A DNA stretch of 64,000 bases, from assembly GCA_964593375.1 (NCBI GenBank), contig CAZQIF010000003.1, positions 11,210 to 75,209 on the forward strand, read 5' to 3'. The position numbers and the translations under genes were made by a program. Positions 55,436-64,000 of this stretch are shown in pieces. The notes beneath the pieces were generated by a model. The model saw only the letters and a program-made list of their open reading frames with translations. It was not told the origin of the DNA and searched no databases. Position 1 is the stretch's first letter. Every line of letters begins with the position of its first letter. The DNA is from an uncultured Candidatus Saccharibacteria bacterium (GTDB lineage: Bacteria > Patescibacteriota > Minisyncoccia > Phycocordibacterales > UBA918).

Positions 55436-56767
55436 ATGTTAACTGTTTGCCCATATTTTCACGTTCACCAACCGCATCGTATCAAGCGATACAAAGTTTT
55501 TGATATTGGCAACGATAGTGAGTATTTTAATGCGAGTGATCACACTGACCTCAACAACGCAAAAGTACTCCGCAAAGTTGCAGAGAAGTCGTATATCCCA
55601 ACGACGCGTGTACTTGGTGAACTACTTGCAAAACATCCAGAGTTTCGCTTTGCGTTTTCTTTTTCTGGTACGGTACTCGATCAGTTTGAAGCGTACGCAC
55701 CTCATGTCCTTAAAGCATTCCAAGACTTGGTTAAAACGGGTCGTGTAGAAATTCTTGCTGATACCTATTTTCACTCACTCGCGTTCTTTTACTCGAAACC
55801 GGAATTTGAACGGCAAGTCTCGATGCACCAGAAGAAAATTTTTGAGCTCTTCGGTGTGACACCAAAAGTATTTCGTAACACTGAACTTTCATACACAAAC
55901 GATCTTGCGAAGTGGTGTGATGAACACGGCTACCTCGGCATCATGGCAGAAGGATGGGACCCCGTCCTCGGGTGGCGTAGTCCAAACTATGTGTACCAGC
56001 CAGTTGGGTGTCAGAACATCAAGGTACTCCTCAAGAACTACAAACTCTCTGACGACATTGCCTTTCGCTTTGGCAACCAAGGATGGGCAAGTTGGCCACT
56101 CAGTGCAGAGACCTATGCAAAGTGGGTACATGCGCACCATGGCGACGGACACACCATCAATCTCTTTATGGACTTTGAGACGTTTGGTGAGCACCAGTGG
56201 GAAGATACCGGCATCTTCAATTTTCTTCGCGCACTTCCAGAAAAATTACTTGCACATGGCGACACGAGTTTTAAAACACCAACTGAAACGATTCAGTCCT
56301 ACCCATCGGTGGGAGAAATTGATGTACCACACATTCTCACGTGGGCTGATACCGATCGAGATCTTACCGCATGGGTGGGAAATGATATTCAGCGAGATGC
56401 GATTGCGACCATTTATGGAATGGAACATGACGTCATGGCTACCAAAGATGCAGACCTCATCATGACATGGAGAAAGCTTCAGACATCCGATCACTTCTAC
56501 TATATGTGCACGAAGTGGTTTCAAGATGGTGACGTGCACGCATACTTCAGTCCGTACGAATCCCCATATGATGCGTATATCGCTTTCATGAATGCGATAA
56601 GTGATTTACAATTAAGGGTGCAGGAAGTACTGAGGATGGAACGCACAAGCGTGCAAGTTCGAATTGGTTTTTGGTCTCGTGTATGGGCATTCATCCGTGC
56701 ATGGTTCAAAAAACTTTTCGTTCGTGTACCTTTTATTAATAGACGTTTGAAAGTTCGAGCGTCGTAA
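55436..56767 (+). CDS. GH57 alpha-amylase / amylopullulanase
   Basis: FHVHQP, FRNTEL, MDFETFGEH, QTSDHFYYM. Confidence 0.92.
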   Translation: MLTVCPYFHVHQPHRIKRYKVFDIGNDSEYFNASDHTDLNNAKVLRKVAEKSYIPTTRVLGELLAKHPEFRFAFSFSGTVLDQFEAYAPHVLKAFQDLVKTGRVEILADTYFHSLAFFYSKPEFERQVSMHQKKIFELFGVTPKVFRNTELSYTNDLAKWCDEHGYLGIMAEGWDPVLGWRSPNYVYQPVGCQNIKVLLKNYKLSDDIAFRFGNQGWASWPLSAETYAKWVHAHHGDGHTINLFMDFETFGEHQWEDTGIFNFLRALPEKLLAHGDTSFKTPTETIQSYPSVGEIDVPHILTWADTDRDLTAWVGNDIQRDAIATIYGMEHDVMATKDADLIMTWRKLQTSDHFYYMCTKWFQDGDVHAYFSPYESPYDAYIAFMNAISDLQLRVQEVLRMERTSVQVRIGFWSRVWAFIRAWFKKLFVRVPFINRRLKVRAS

Positions 56768-56785
56768 ATTGTTCATTTAGTTCTT

Positions 56786-57118
56786 ATGCCAACAAAAAAA
56801 GTGGCCGTTAAAAAAGTAGGAGGAGCGAAGCCAGCAGCAAAAAAGGGAAAGAAGAGTTTAGTCAGTGCTCCAAGCGAGCAGTGTTTCTGGACTACTGATG
56901 GCAGGGTGCTCGCAAACCTTGTCGAGCTCCGTGATGCCCTTAAGAGTATGGATGAAGCGGTGTTTTCACACCATGTCGCAAAGGGTAAAAATGACTTTGC
57001 AGATTGGATTCAGTACGTGCTTCAGGATGCAGAACTTGCATCAGCATTTCGAAAGTCAAAGAAGCCTAATACTGCTCGCGAGGTAGTAGTGAGCCGACTC
57101 CGTATCTACAGCATTTAA
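56786..57118 (+). CDS. Small conserved protein of glucan clusters (DUF5752-like)
   Basis: FWTTDG....L.EL...L..M....F.HHV...KNDFADWI..VL. Confidence 0.65.
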   Translation: MPTKKVAVKKVGGAKPAAKKGKKSLVSAPSEQCFWTTDGRVLANLVELRDALKSMDEAVFSHHVAKGKNDFADWIQYVLQDAELASAFRKSKKPNTAREVVVSRLRIYSI

Positions 57119-57123
57119 TAATC

Positions 57124-59088
57124 ATGTCCCGCGCGATTACGTTAGGGAATGGCAATCTTTTGGTGGGCCTGGATCACCGCGGTCAGGTTCGTGATTTCTA
57201 TTTTCCATTTGTTGGGCACTCAAACCATGTAAGTGGTGCGAGTGGTTCGTATGTTCATCGAGTTGGCGTGTGGATAGACGGAACACTCAAATGGCTCTCC
57301 GATGAATCGTGGGATATCAAAATTGAGTATACCGAATTTACCGGCACAAGTGATATTCATGCGCGCAATAAGGATCTTGGCGTCGAACTACATATTACCG
57401 ACGCGGTGCACAACGAGCGTAATATTTTTATTCGGCGAGTGCGCGTCACAAACAGTCGTGACCACACACGGGAAATAAAAGTATTTTTTGGACAAGAATT
57501 TCGCATTTCTGAATCAAGGCGTGGCGACACTGCTTTTTATGATCCGCGCGTGCGCGCCATTGTGCATTACAAAGGGCATAATGCGTTTCTCGTTCATGCT
57601 GTTGTGAACGACGCACCATTTGTCGATTACTGCGTTGGACTTTTTAATATCGAAGGGAAGCAGGGAACGTACACCGATGCAGAAGATGGCATTCTTTCTC
57701 GAAATCCGATTGAACACGGTTCGGTTGATTCTGTGCTCGGAGTCACGTTCGAGGCTCAGCCGAAAGAAAGCATTGATGTATATTATTGGGTTGTGGTTGG
57801 AAAATCTATTAGTGAGACACACAAACTCCACCACCATATTCAGGATGAAAAACCTGAGACAATCATCACCTCAACCGAGCGCTATTGGCAAGCGTGGACA
57901 GAAAAAGAATCCCGAGACTTGTCACATCTTGAGAAACATCTTCAGCATCTCTACAAGCGATCCCTTGCCATCATTCGTGTACACACGGACAATCGCGGTG
58001 GCATTATTGCTTCCTCTGATTCGGATATGTTGAATCAAGGGCGAGACACCTACAGCTACGTGTGGCCACGCGACGCCGCGCTTACCGCAAATGCACTTGA
58101 TAGAGCGGGGCATATCGATGTGACGCAACGCTTCTTTACCTTTATGGCCGAACGACTTGAACCAGATGGATACCTCATGCATAAGTACCGTGTCGATGGG
58201 GTACTCGGAAGCTCGTGGCATCCCTGGGTACAAAATGGTGTTTTTAAATTGCCCATTCAAGAAGATGAAACCGCTTCTGTTCTCTACATGCTCGCGCAGC
58301 ATTACCACTACGCGAAAGACCTCGAGCTCATCGAATCACTCTATAACTCCTTCATTGAACCCGCTGCCGATTTTATGTGCGGGTACATCGAACCAGAAAC
58401 TGGCCTTCCGGTCGATTCGTATGATCTTTGGGAAGAAAAATATGGCTCTTCGACATACACGGCGGCTTCGGTCTATGGTGCGCTTAACTCCGCAGCAGAG
58501 CTTTCGGCAACACTCGGTAAGCGTGAGAATGCGAAAAAGTATCGTGATCGCGCGGAGCTCGTAAAAAGTGCGATTCTTACGCATCTCTATGATGTTTCCT
58601 CTGGAATGTTTGTGAAACTTGTACGTCACGAACGCGGAGGTCTCACATATGATAAAACAGCCGACATGAGTAGTTTCTTCGGCATTGTGGCGTTTGGTGT
58701 TCTCGATTCTTTTGATAAGCGAGTACAGAGTGCATTTAAAGTAGTACAGGAAAAGCTCAAGGTACCTACTTCATTCGGTGGTTACATGCGCTATGAGGGT
58801 GATAGGTATTACAAAACAGGAAATGATGCACCCCCAAACGCATGGTGTATTACCACCTTGTGGGTAGCACAGTACCACATCATGTGTGCGAAAAATAAAA
58901 AAGACCTGGAGAAAGCTCACGATATCATGAAGTGGGTATATGATCGTGCTACAAAGAGTGGAATTTTACCCGAGCAGATTCACCCGTACACTGGCGAACA
59001 CCTCTCGACTGCGCCACTCGTTTGGAGTCATTCCGAGTTTGTGATTACGGTAGATGAGTATCTCAAGAAACTTGCAACCTTCAAATAA
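57124..59088 (+). CDS. GH15 glucoamylase-family glycoside hydrolase
   Basis: GGIIAS, YSYVWPRDA, QEDET, DLWEE, RYEGDRY, LPEQ, PLVWSH. Confidence 0.92.
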   Translation: MSRAITLGNGNLLVGLDHRGQVRDFYFPFVGHSNHVSGASGSYVHRVGVWIDGTLKWLSDESWDIKIEYTEFTGTSDIHARNKDLGVELHITDAVHNERNIFIRRVRVTNSRDHTREIKVFFGQEFRISESRRGDTAFYDPRVRAIVHYKGHNAFLVHAVVNDAPFVDYCVGLFNIEGKQGTYTDAEDGILSRNPIEHGSVDSVLGVTFEAQPKESIDVYYWVVVGKSISETHKLHHHIQDEKPETIITSTERYWQAWTEKESRDLSHLEKHLQHLYKRSLAIIRVHTDNRGGIIASSDSDMLNQGRDTYSYVWPRDAALTANALDRAGHIDVTQRFFTFMAERLEPDGYLMHKYRVDGVLGSSWHPWVQNGVFKLPIQEDETASVLYMLAQHYHYAKDLELIESLYNSFIEPAADFMCGYIEPETGLPVDSYDLWEEKYGSSTYTAASVYGALNSAAELSATLGKRENAKKYRDRAELVKSAILTHLYDVSSGMFVKLVRHERGGLTYDKTADMSSFFGIVAFGVLDSFDKRVQSAFKVVQEKLKVPTSFGGYMRYEGDRYYKTGNDAPPNAWCITTLWVAQYHIMCAKNKKDLEKAHDIMKWVYDRATKSGILPEQIHPYTGEHLSTAPLVWSHSEFVITVDEYLKKLATFK

Positions 59089-59258
59089 ATCTTGCTGAGG
59101 CAAGCGCAGAACGGCGCGGATAGCACGCGGATTTATGCAGAAACAAATCGTTTGTCTTTCGTAAACTGTTAACCGTTAACCGATTACTGATAACTAACCT
59201 AATACTTCTTAATCGAAGTTGCTCAAGTCAGACCAGCTCAAGAAGATATACTATTTCA

Positions 59259-59300
59259 AATTTATATTATGATGTCCACGTGGACATCATAATATAAATT
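59259..59300. repeat. Perfect 42-nt palindrome without loop
   Basis: AATTTATATTATGATGTCCAC|GTGGACATCATAATATAAATT. Confidence 0.9.
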
Positions 59301-59308
59301 AAAATCTC

Positions 59309-60121
59309 TCAGAATCTCCGGAGCCAAAAACCAAAATGCTTTCCGAGAGGAAAGTACTTGCCGATTGTGGTGCGGTGAATTGAGTATGCAAGGCCACACG
59401 TGCCAAATTTTTTCCCAATAACTTCTGCGAGCGAGCGCATGTAGGTCCCAGATGAAGCGACACAGGTAATGTTCGCTATGTAATATGCGGTGTTGTTGTC
59501 GGGTGATCTTTCCAAATCATTCCAACATTTTCGTACCTCAGTTCGGCGGAAATCTCGTCCGAGTACCTTTCGTTCATCGGTTACTGTAGGAATTGTTTCT
59601 ATTTTTTCGAGTACATTTTTGCAAAGCTCACTACGTGTAATCGTTCGAAGACTATTAAGCACAATTTTGTAAATACGTGATTCTTTCACTGGGATTTCGA
59701 TTTCATCAAGCCTCTTTTCAAGTGTCCACATGTGGAGTGGTTTCCCCCCTACGGTTTTTGCAGAGAAGTGTGGATAGGGAAGGGTAATATTTCCAATAAA
59801 CCTCAGAAGCACATCCTGAACTTGTTCCTCGTCAATCGCTTTGGTGTCACAGGTCTCTATAATACCAAGCACATCACCGGTATCAGAGTGTACTCCGAAG
59901 AGGACTTCAAATATGTACTCTTTATCGAGCGAATGGTATTTTTCTTGCCGTTTACATTCGTCGCCCACAAGAATAAGGAGTTTTCCTGAAGCCATTGGGT
60001 CGAGCCTTCCTGCATATGCAAGTGGAATACTTGAATTCAGTTTATGAAGCTCACGCAAACGGAGCGTCGCCTGAAGCGGAGTTTCACCAACTTTTTTTTC
60101 TATGGTGAAATATTTTCGCAC
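59309..60121 (-). CDS. truB: tRNA pseudouridine(55) synthase TruB-like
   Basis: YAGRLDPMASGKL, KEY...FG..SDTGD, P.FSAK..GGKPL, SSGTYMRSL. Confidence 0.9.
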   Translation of the reverse strand: MRKYFTIEKKVGETPLQATLRLRELHKLNSSIPLAYAGRLDPMASGKLLILVGDECKRQEKYHSLDKEYIFEVLFGVHSDTGDVLGIIETCDTKAIDEEQVQDVLLRFIGNITLPYPHFSAKTVGGKPLHMWTLEKRLDEIEIPVKESRIYKIVLNSLRTITRSELCKNVLEKIETIPTVTDERKVLGRDFRRTEVRKCWNDLERSPDNNTAYYIANITCVASSGTYMRSLAEVIGKKFGTCGLAYSIHRTTIGKYFPLGKHFGFWLRRF

Positions 60122-60144
60122 GCTTGTTTATTTAGGGTTGCTCT

Positions 60145-63039
60145 CTACCGACTTGCAACATCACCCAACCAATGTAACATTTTTTGGAGTGAACCGAGCA
60201 TTCGCCCGACTATACTCGGAGCATTTTTTTCTTGCGTCGTTGTTTGAGTGCTCCCCAGTGCAATAAGCGGAATACGCTCATTCAATACTACCGGTTCAAG
60301 GGTTGAACCAATTGATACATTTGGTTCAGATTGCTGCGTTTCCCCAAAGAGTGGAACAGGATCAGTTGACGAATCATTGTACCCATTCATAAAATTCCTG
60401 AAGCGAAGTATTTCGTCGCCCTGCGTGGCATTGAGTGGAAATACTACGCGGTAGTCACACTCAATTTCATTAATTTTCTTTTGTGTCGTGTAGTACACAA
60501 ATCCAGAATCACGCTTGAGACCCCACGGATAGAGTACCTCATCAGCGTATCGCTTCTGGAAGTCACGGACACCAATTTCAGTGAGAAGGTCAAATGTTCC
60601 GTTTATGGGGACATTGCTTCCCATGTGTCGCTTGAGGAACTGTTGTAGTTTTAAGACTTCCGCAGGGTCATTTTGGATGCCGTACCGCATGTATGTTTTG
60701 AGGTAAGGTTCACACATCGTTGCCTCGGCCCCAAGAACTTCTGGGGTTATATCGCCAATGGTGAGTGTATGGGTTGCCTTTGGAGATTCGTAGTATTTAC
60801 CTGTCTTTTCTGTTTTTGACTGGTGGAGACCAAAAATGTCAGCAGTATTTGTATACGTACCATATGTGGCGTCCTCAGCGAACTGCATGGTGTAGGTAAC
60901 CGAGAGCGTCTCTTTTGATTTAATGGTTCCTAAGTCCCAGTATTGTTCACTGGTGGTTGCACCATTTTCATTTTTGAGCACATCACGAAGCATTGACTTC
61001 AAGATGGGGCCACCATTATTCGTGACGGTAATCGTATAGTCGACTGAGCCACCTGGTTCTACAGTTGCAACATTTGCAGACTTCGATATAACCACTTCGG
61101 CAGGTTGGGTTGACTTACTACGATGGCTACTGCCGCGATTTTTTCCTGAGTAAATGCTTAGGTATTCGGTGTTATCGCTCGTATCTGCATCAGGTTCAAG
61201 TGCAGTAACCGTCGCTTCGGTGACAATTTCGCGCATCGATGTTGGGAGGCCACGGTGTATCATTGTTGTAAAGGAAACCTCTTTTGTTGCATGAGGTGCA
61301 ATGTCACCGAGTGACCACACACCATGCGCACCACGGCTGTCGTGTTCAACTTGTGTAACACCTTGTACAGACACCAACTCGCCCTCATTGAAGTGATTGT
61401 CGAGTTTAACATTAGTTGCTGTTGCGTCTCCGTTGTTTACTACAGTATACGTGTAGGTCACTTCCGTCCCTGGCATGATCGGACTCGCATGTGGTGTCGC
61501 CTTTCCACCAATCCAAAGATCTGGCTTTCCGAATGCGAGGTTACCACTCCAGTTACCGAAAATATCAAAGATGAGAAGTGCCCAGTTTTGTCCAAGGATA
61601 TTTGTATTTGTGACATTGGTGACGTTTGCGGACGCATAGGCATCCCCAGTGCTGACTGCTCCGTCATCTCCAACTTTGTTATCTCCCGTGAGTGCGTACA
61701 CTGAGACATTGTTCTGTATATTCGCGATATTTGCGTTTGTGGAAGAAATATTACCTATAGCCCCACTGCCTTGCGCTCCGCTCGTGTTATAGAGGACGAT
61801 GCCGTTTTCTGTTTCTTGCCACGCCATGCCAAGAGGGAGCCCAAAGACGTCACCATTCCAATCTCCATGAATGCGAAGGACGAGCAAAAAATCACTGCCA
61901 CCAAACAGATTCGTGTTTACGATATTCTGAATTGAGCTATCGGCATACGCCTCTCCAGTCGCTATAATTCCACTTGATGCAGTGTTGCCTCCTGTTTCGG
62001 CATTTGTTACGAGGTTATTTCCAATTGTTGCAGTATTTGTATTGTCTGAGTCTGCTGAACCGACGGGCACTCCCCCTGCGTTAAAGAGAGAACTGAGCGC
62101 ATCAGCTCCAGGGAGCACAATATCGGCCGCATAATCGCCAAAATTATTGAATGCAATGAGGAGGTAGTTTGAATCAACAATGTTGGTATTTGCGACATTA
62201 AAGATATTTGCTGCGGCAAACGCATCGCCAGTTCCAATCAGACTCCCACTCCCACCTGTGTTACCTCCACTTTGTGCGTTTACCGTTACATCATTAGTAA
62301 TCGTTGCAGTATTTGTTGCGTTCAGGGTGAATGTTGATGCTCCGCTACCACACACTGAAAGAGAACAGGGAAGTGTTGATACGGATGTGTCTATGGTGTC
62401 AAAAATACTGAATGCATCACGTAGGTCAAAGGGATCGACCCCGAGTACTTCGTTGAAGAAGCCAATCAGGCCGTCTGAATTGAAAATATTAGTGTTCGCG
62501 ATATTGACGATGTTTGCATACGCGATTGCATCGCCGGTTAAGATGAGGGAATTATCTCCCAGTGCCGTGTTATCACCGGTTTCGGCAGTAATAACCGTAC
62601 TATTTGTGATGGTCGCTTCATTAGTTGTTGAAGCAATGACGGGTGAGGTATTGCCCCCTACATCCTCTGTGTCTTCAGGCGCAATCTCTTGTGAGAGTTC
62701 GAGAATTTCTTCGGTAGGACTGTCGGTTATTTGTGACGATGCTTCTTCGGATTTTTCTGTTTCTTCAGAATCGACTTGAGAAGCAGTATCAGCTCCAGTT
62801 TCCGTATCGTTTAGATTTACAATGTTCAAAGTCTCGAGCCCTGCGGTCGCATCCCCGGTGACGATTTCCGCTGGCACTTCCGGCAAAAGAGGAGAGGGCT
62901 CACTCATCACGGCGAGCATCTCTTCTGCATACACCAATGCAGGTAAAAGTGGTGCAGAGAGAAGTGATACCACCACAAGCATTGAAAGCGCTCCGTGGGC
63001 AACTCTACGCGTATTACTTTGTATTAAGTAGTGATACAT
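60145..63039 (-). CDS. Large secreted protein: TGDA/Asn-rich repeats, two DUF11-like Ig domains, PG-binding domain
   Basis: Signal peptide; repeated TGDA.A.....N..NTN; PGTEVTYTYTVVNNG and PGGSVDYTITVTNNG; EVLKLQQFL...TEIGVRDFQ. Confidence 0.8.
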   Translation of the reverse strand: MYHYLIQSNTRRVAHGALSMLVVVSLLSAPLLPALVYAEEMLAVMSEPSPLLPEVPAEIVTGDATAGLETLNIVNLNDTETGADTASQVDSEETEKSEEASSQITDSPTEEILELSQEIAPEDTEDVGGNTSPVIASTTNEATITNSTVITAETGDNTALGDNSLILTGDAIAYANIVNIANTNIFNSDGLIGFFNEVLGVDPFDLRDAFSIFDTIDTSVSTLPCSLSVCGSGASTFTLNATNTATITNDVTVNAQSGGNTGGSGSLIGTGDAFAAANIFNVANTNIVDSNYLLIAFNNFGDYAADIVLPGADALSSLFNAGGVPVGSADSDNTNTATIGNNLVTNAETGGNTASSGIIATGEAYADSSIQNIVNTNLFGGSDFLLVLRIHGDWNGDVFGLPLGMAWQETENGIVLYNTSGAQGSGAIGNISSTNANIANIQNNVSVYALTGDNKVGDDGAVSTGDAYASANVTNVTNTNILGQNWALLIFDIFGNWSGNLAFGKPDLWIGGKATPHASPIMPGTEVTYTYTVVNNGDATATNVKLDNHFNEGELVSVQGVTQVEHDSRGAHGVWSLGDIAPHATKEVSFTTMIHRGLPTSMREIVTEATVTALEPDADTSDNTEYLSIYSGKNRGSSHRSKSTQPAEVVISKSANVATVEPGGSVDYTITVTNNGGPILKSMLRDVLKNENGATTSEQYWDLGTIKSKETLSVTYTMQFAEDATYGTYTNTADIFGLHQSKTEKTGKYYESPKATHTLTIGDITPEVLGAEATMCEPYLKTYMRYGIQNDPAEVLKLQQFLKRHMGSNVPINGTFDLLTEIGVRDFQKRYADEVLYPWGLKRDSGFVYYTTQKKINEIECDYRVVFPLNATQGDEILRFRNFMNGYNDSSTDPVPLFGETQQSEPNVSIGSTLEPVVLNERIPLIALGSTQTTTQEKNAPSIVGRMLGSLQKMLHWLGDVASR

Positions 63040-63391
63040 AGTATTGAATGAGTACCTTAAGTTGCTGAATAAGCATGAGAAGCTGTGCATCTCGACTTTG
63101 CGCTTCTCCTGTCGTCGCTTCAACTGATGTTGTTACACCATTTTGGGTAATGACGCTCATATATGTTCCTGTTTCGTTCGTTGTACTGTCCTCGACTGTT
63201 ACTCCATTAATGATCGTTTTAGTTTTCGTGTGGGCTGTTCCAGTCCCATCACTTGATACAGAAACTGAGTTTATGATGGATGATGTATCGGCATGTACCG
63301 CGAGGGGGAAGATGAAAACACTGAGCAGTATGGCAACCGCCACAATACTCCCTCGTGCACTTTTTTTATGTATAAAAATGTGTTCTTTCAT
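63014..63391 (-). CDS. Small secreted Thr/Ser-rich protein
   Basis: Signal peptide ending VHA|D; C-terminal QLLMLIQQLKVLI amphipathic helix; overlaps next gene start. Confidence 0.7.
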   Translation of the reverse strand: MKEHIFIHKKSARGSIVAVAILLSVFIFPLAVHADTSSIINSVSVSSDGTGTAHTKTKTIINGVTVEDSTTNETGTYMSVITQNGVTTSVEATTGEAQSRDAQLLMLIQQLKVLIQYYVSLLNTK

Positions 63392-63470
63392 ATCCTTCTC
63401 TAAAGTCTCAAACGTATGTTTAAGACTTTATTCGAAGGGGGGATAGTATATCCCCGACCTTCAAGGTGCG

Positions 63471-63998
63471 TTAGCGAGTAACGCGAGTAATGTTTCGGTT
63501 TACCACATTGACCACTTCAGAACCTGAAGTAGCTTTCCCTGTGTAGATTTCACCACCAACACCACCATTGCCACCCGTACCACCATTTCCTCCGACGTTG
63601 TTATCTGATGACCAGAATGAGAAGAATGGCATCATCATGCGTGAGCTTCGATTTCCTTCATTCTCAGCGTCACCACCGTTTCCACCCTCTTCACCATCAC
63701 CACCGTCAGCTTCATTGTCTCCAGTCTCAGCTTCAACCTCAACGTCGTTCATGACATTTGCGCTATTTGAAACGCGAACACGAATGTCATTGTCATCACC
63801 TCCGTTGTCTCGAGATTGTCTGTTGAAGGAGAAAGGCATCCAACCATCTTCCTCTTCATCACATCCACATGAATCAGTTACAACAGTTTCATTGTAATTT
63901 ACATCATTCATGACTGAAGAGAATGCAACTGCATCTCCTGTCTGGATGAGTCCACCAAGTGCACCACTGCCTCCATTTCCTCCATTTCCGCCAGTGTT
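63471..63998 (-). CDS. 3' part of Gly/Asn-rich repeat protein (5' truncated by window end)
   Basis: Frame open to window edge: NTGGNGGNGGSGALGGLIQTGDAVAFSSVMNDVNYN...GGNGGTGGNGGVGGEIYTGKATSGSEVVNVVNRN. Confidence 0.75.
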   Translation of the reverse strand, partial: NTGGNGGNGGSGALGGLIQTGDAVAFSSVMNDVNYNETVVTDSCGCDEEEDGWMPFSFNRQSRDNGGDDNDIRVRVSNSANVMNDVEVEAETGDNEADGGDGEEGGNGGDAENEGNRSSRMMMPFFSFWSSDNNVGGNGGTGGNGGVGGEIYTGKATSGSEVVNVVNRNITRVTR

Positions 63999-64000
63999 AT

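Overview
Compact, mostly housekeeping chromosome segment. Gene content and style suggest a Patescibacteria/CPR (Parcubacteria-like) bacterium; this is an inference. Core genes: thrS, dnaE, rnhB, rpmF, nusB(-Nudix), rnc, a short smc, rnr, rpsP, khpA, trmD, rpoB, rpoC, dnaG, rpoD, a UvrD-nuclease fusion, dsbA, uppP, hisS, prmC, class I fba, rpmG, truB and a GT4/GH57/GH15 alpha-glucan cluster. Surface genes: a sortase, a large Cys-paired repeat protein with a VPYTG sorting-like motif, a pilin, PG-binding proteins and TGDA/Asn-repeat proteins. I found no rRNA, tRNA, CRISPR array or recognisable transposase. The most unusual signals are non-coding. (1) Two dispersed families of structured elements (at least 6 copies each) have covarying stems and fixed loop motifs, usually abut start/stop codons, and share a 50-nt nested module. 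(2) A PaaX/Cas2-like gene is tightly bracketed by two near-identical 42-44 nt palindromes. (3) thrS has a transcriptional T-box leader with an ultrashort Stem I carrying a Thr codon. (4) Leaderless-type promoter geometry is pervasive. (5) Heptamer-period intergenic tracts recur. All alignments and folds were read by eye.
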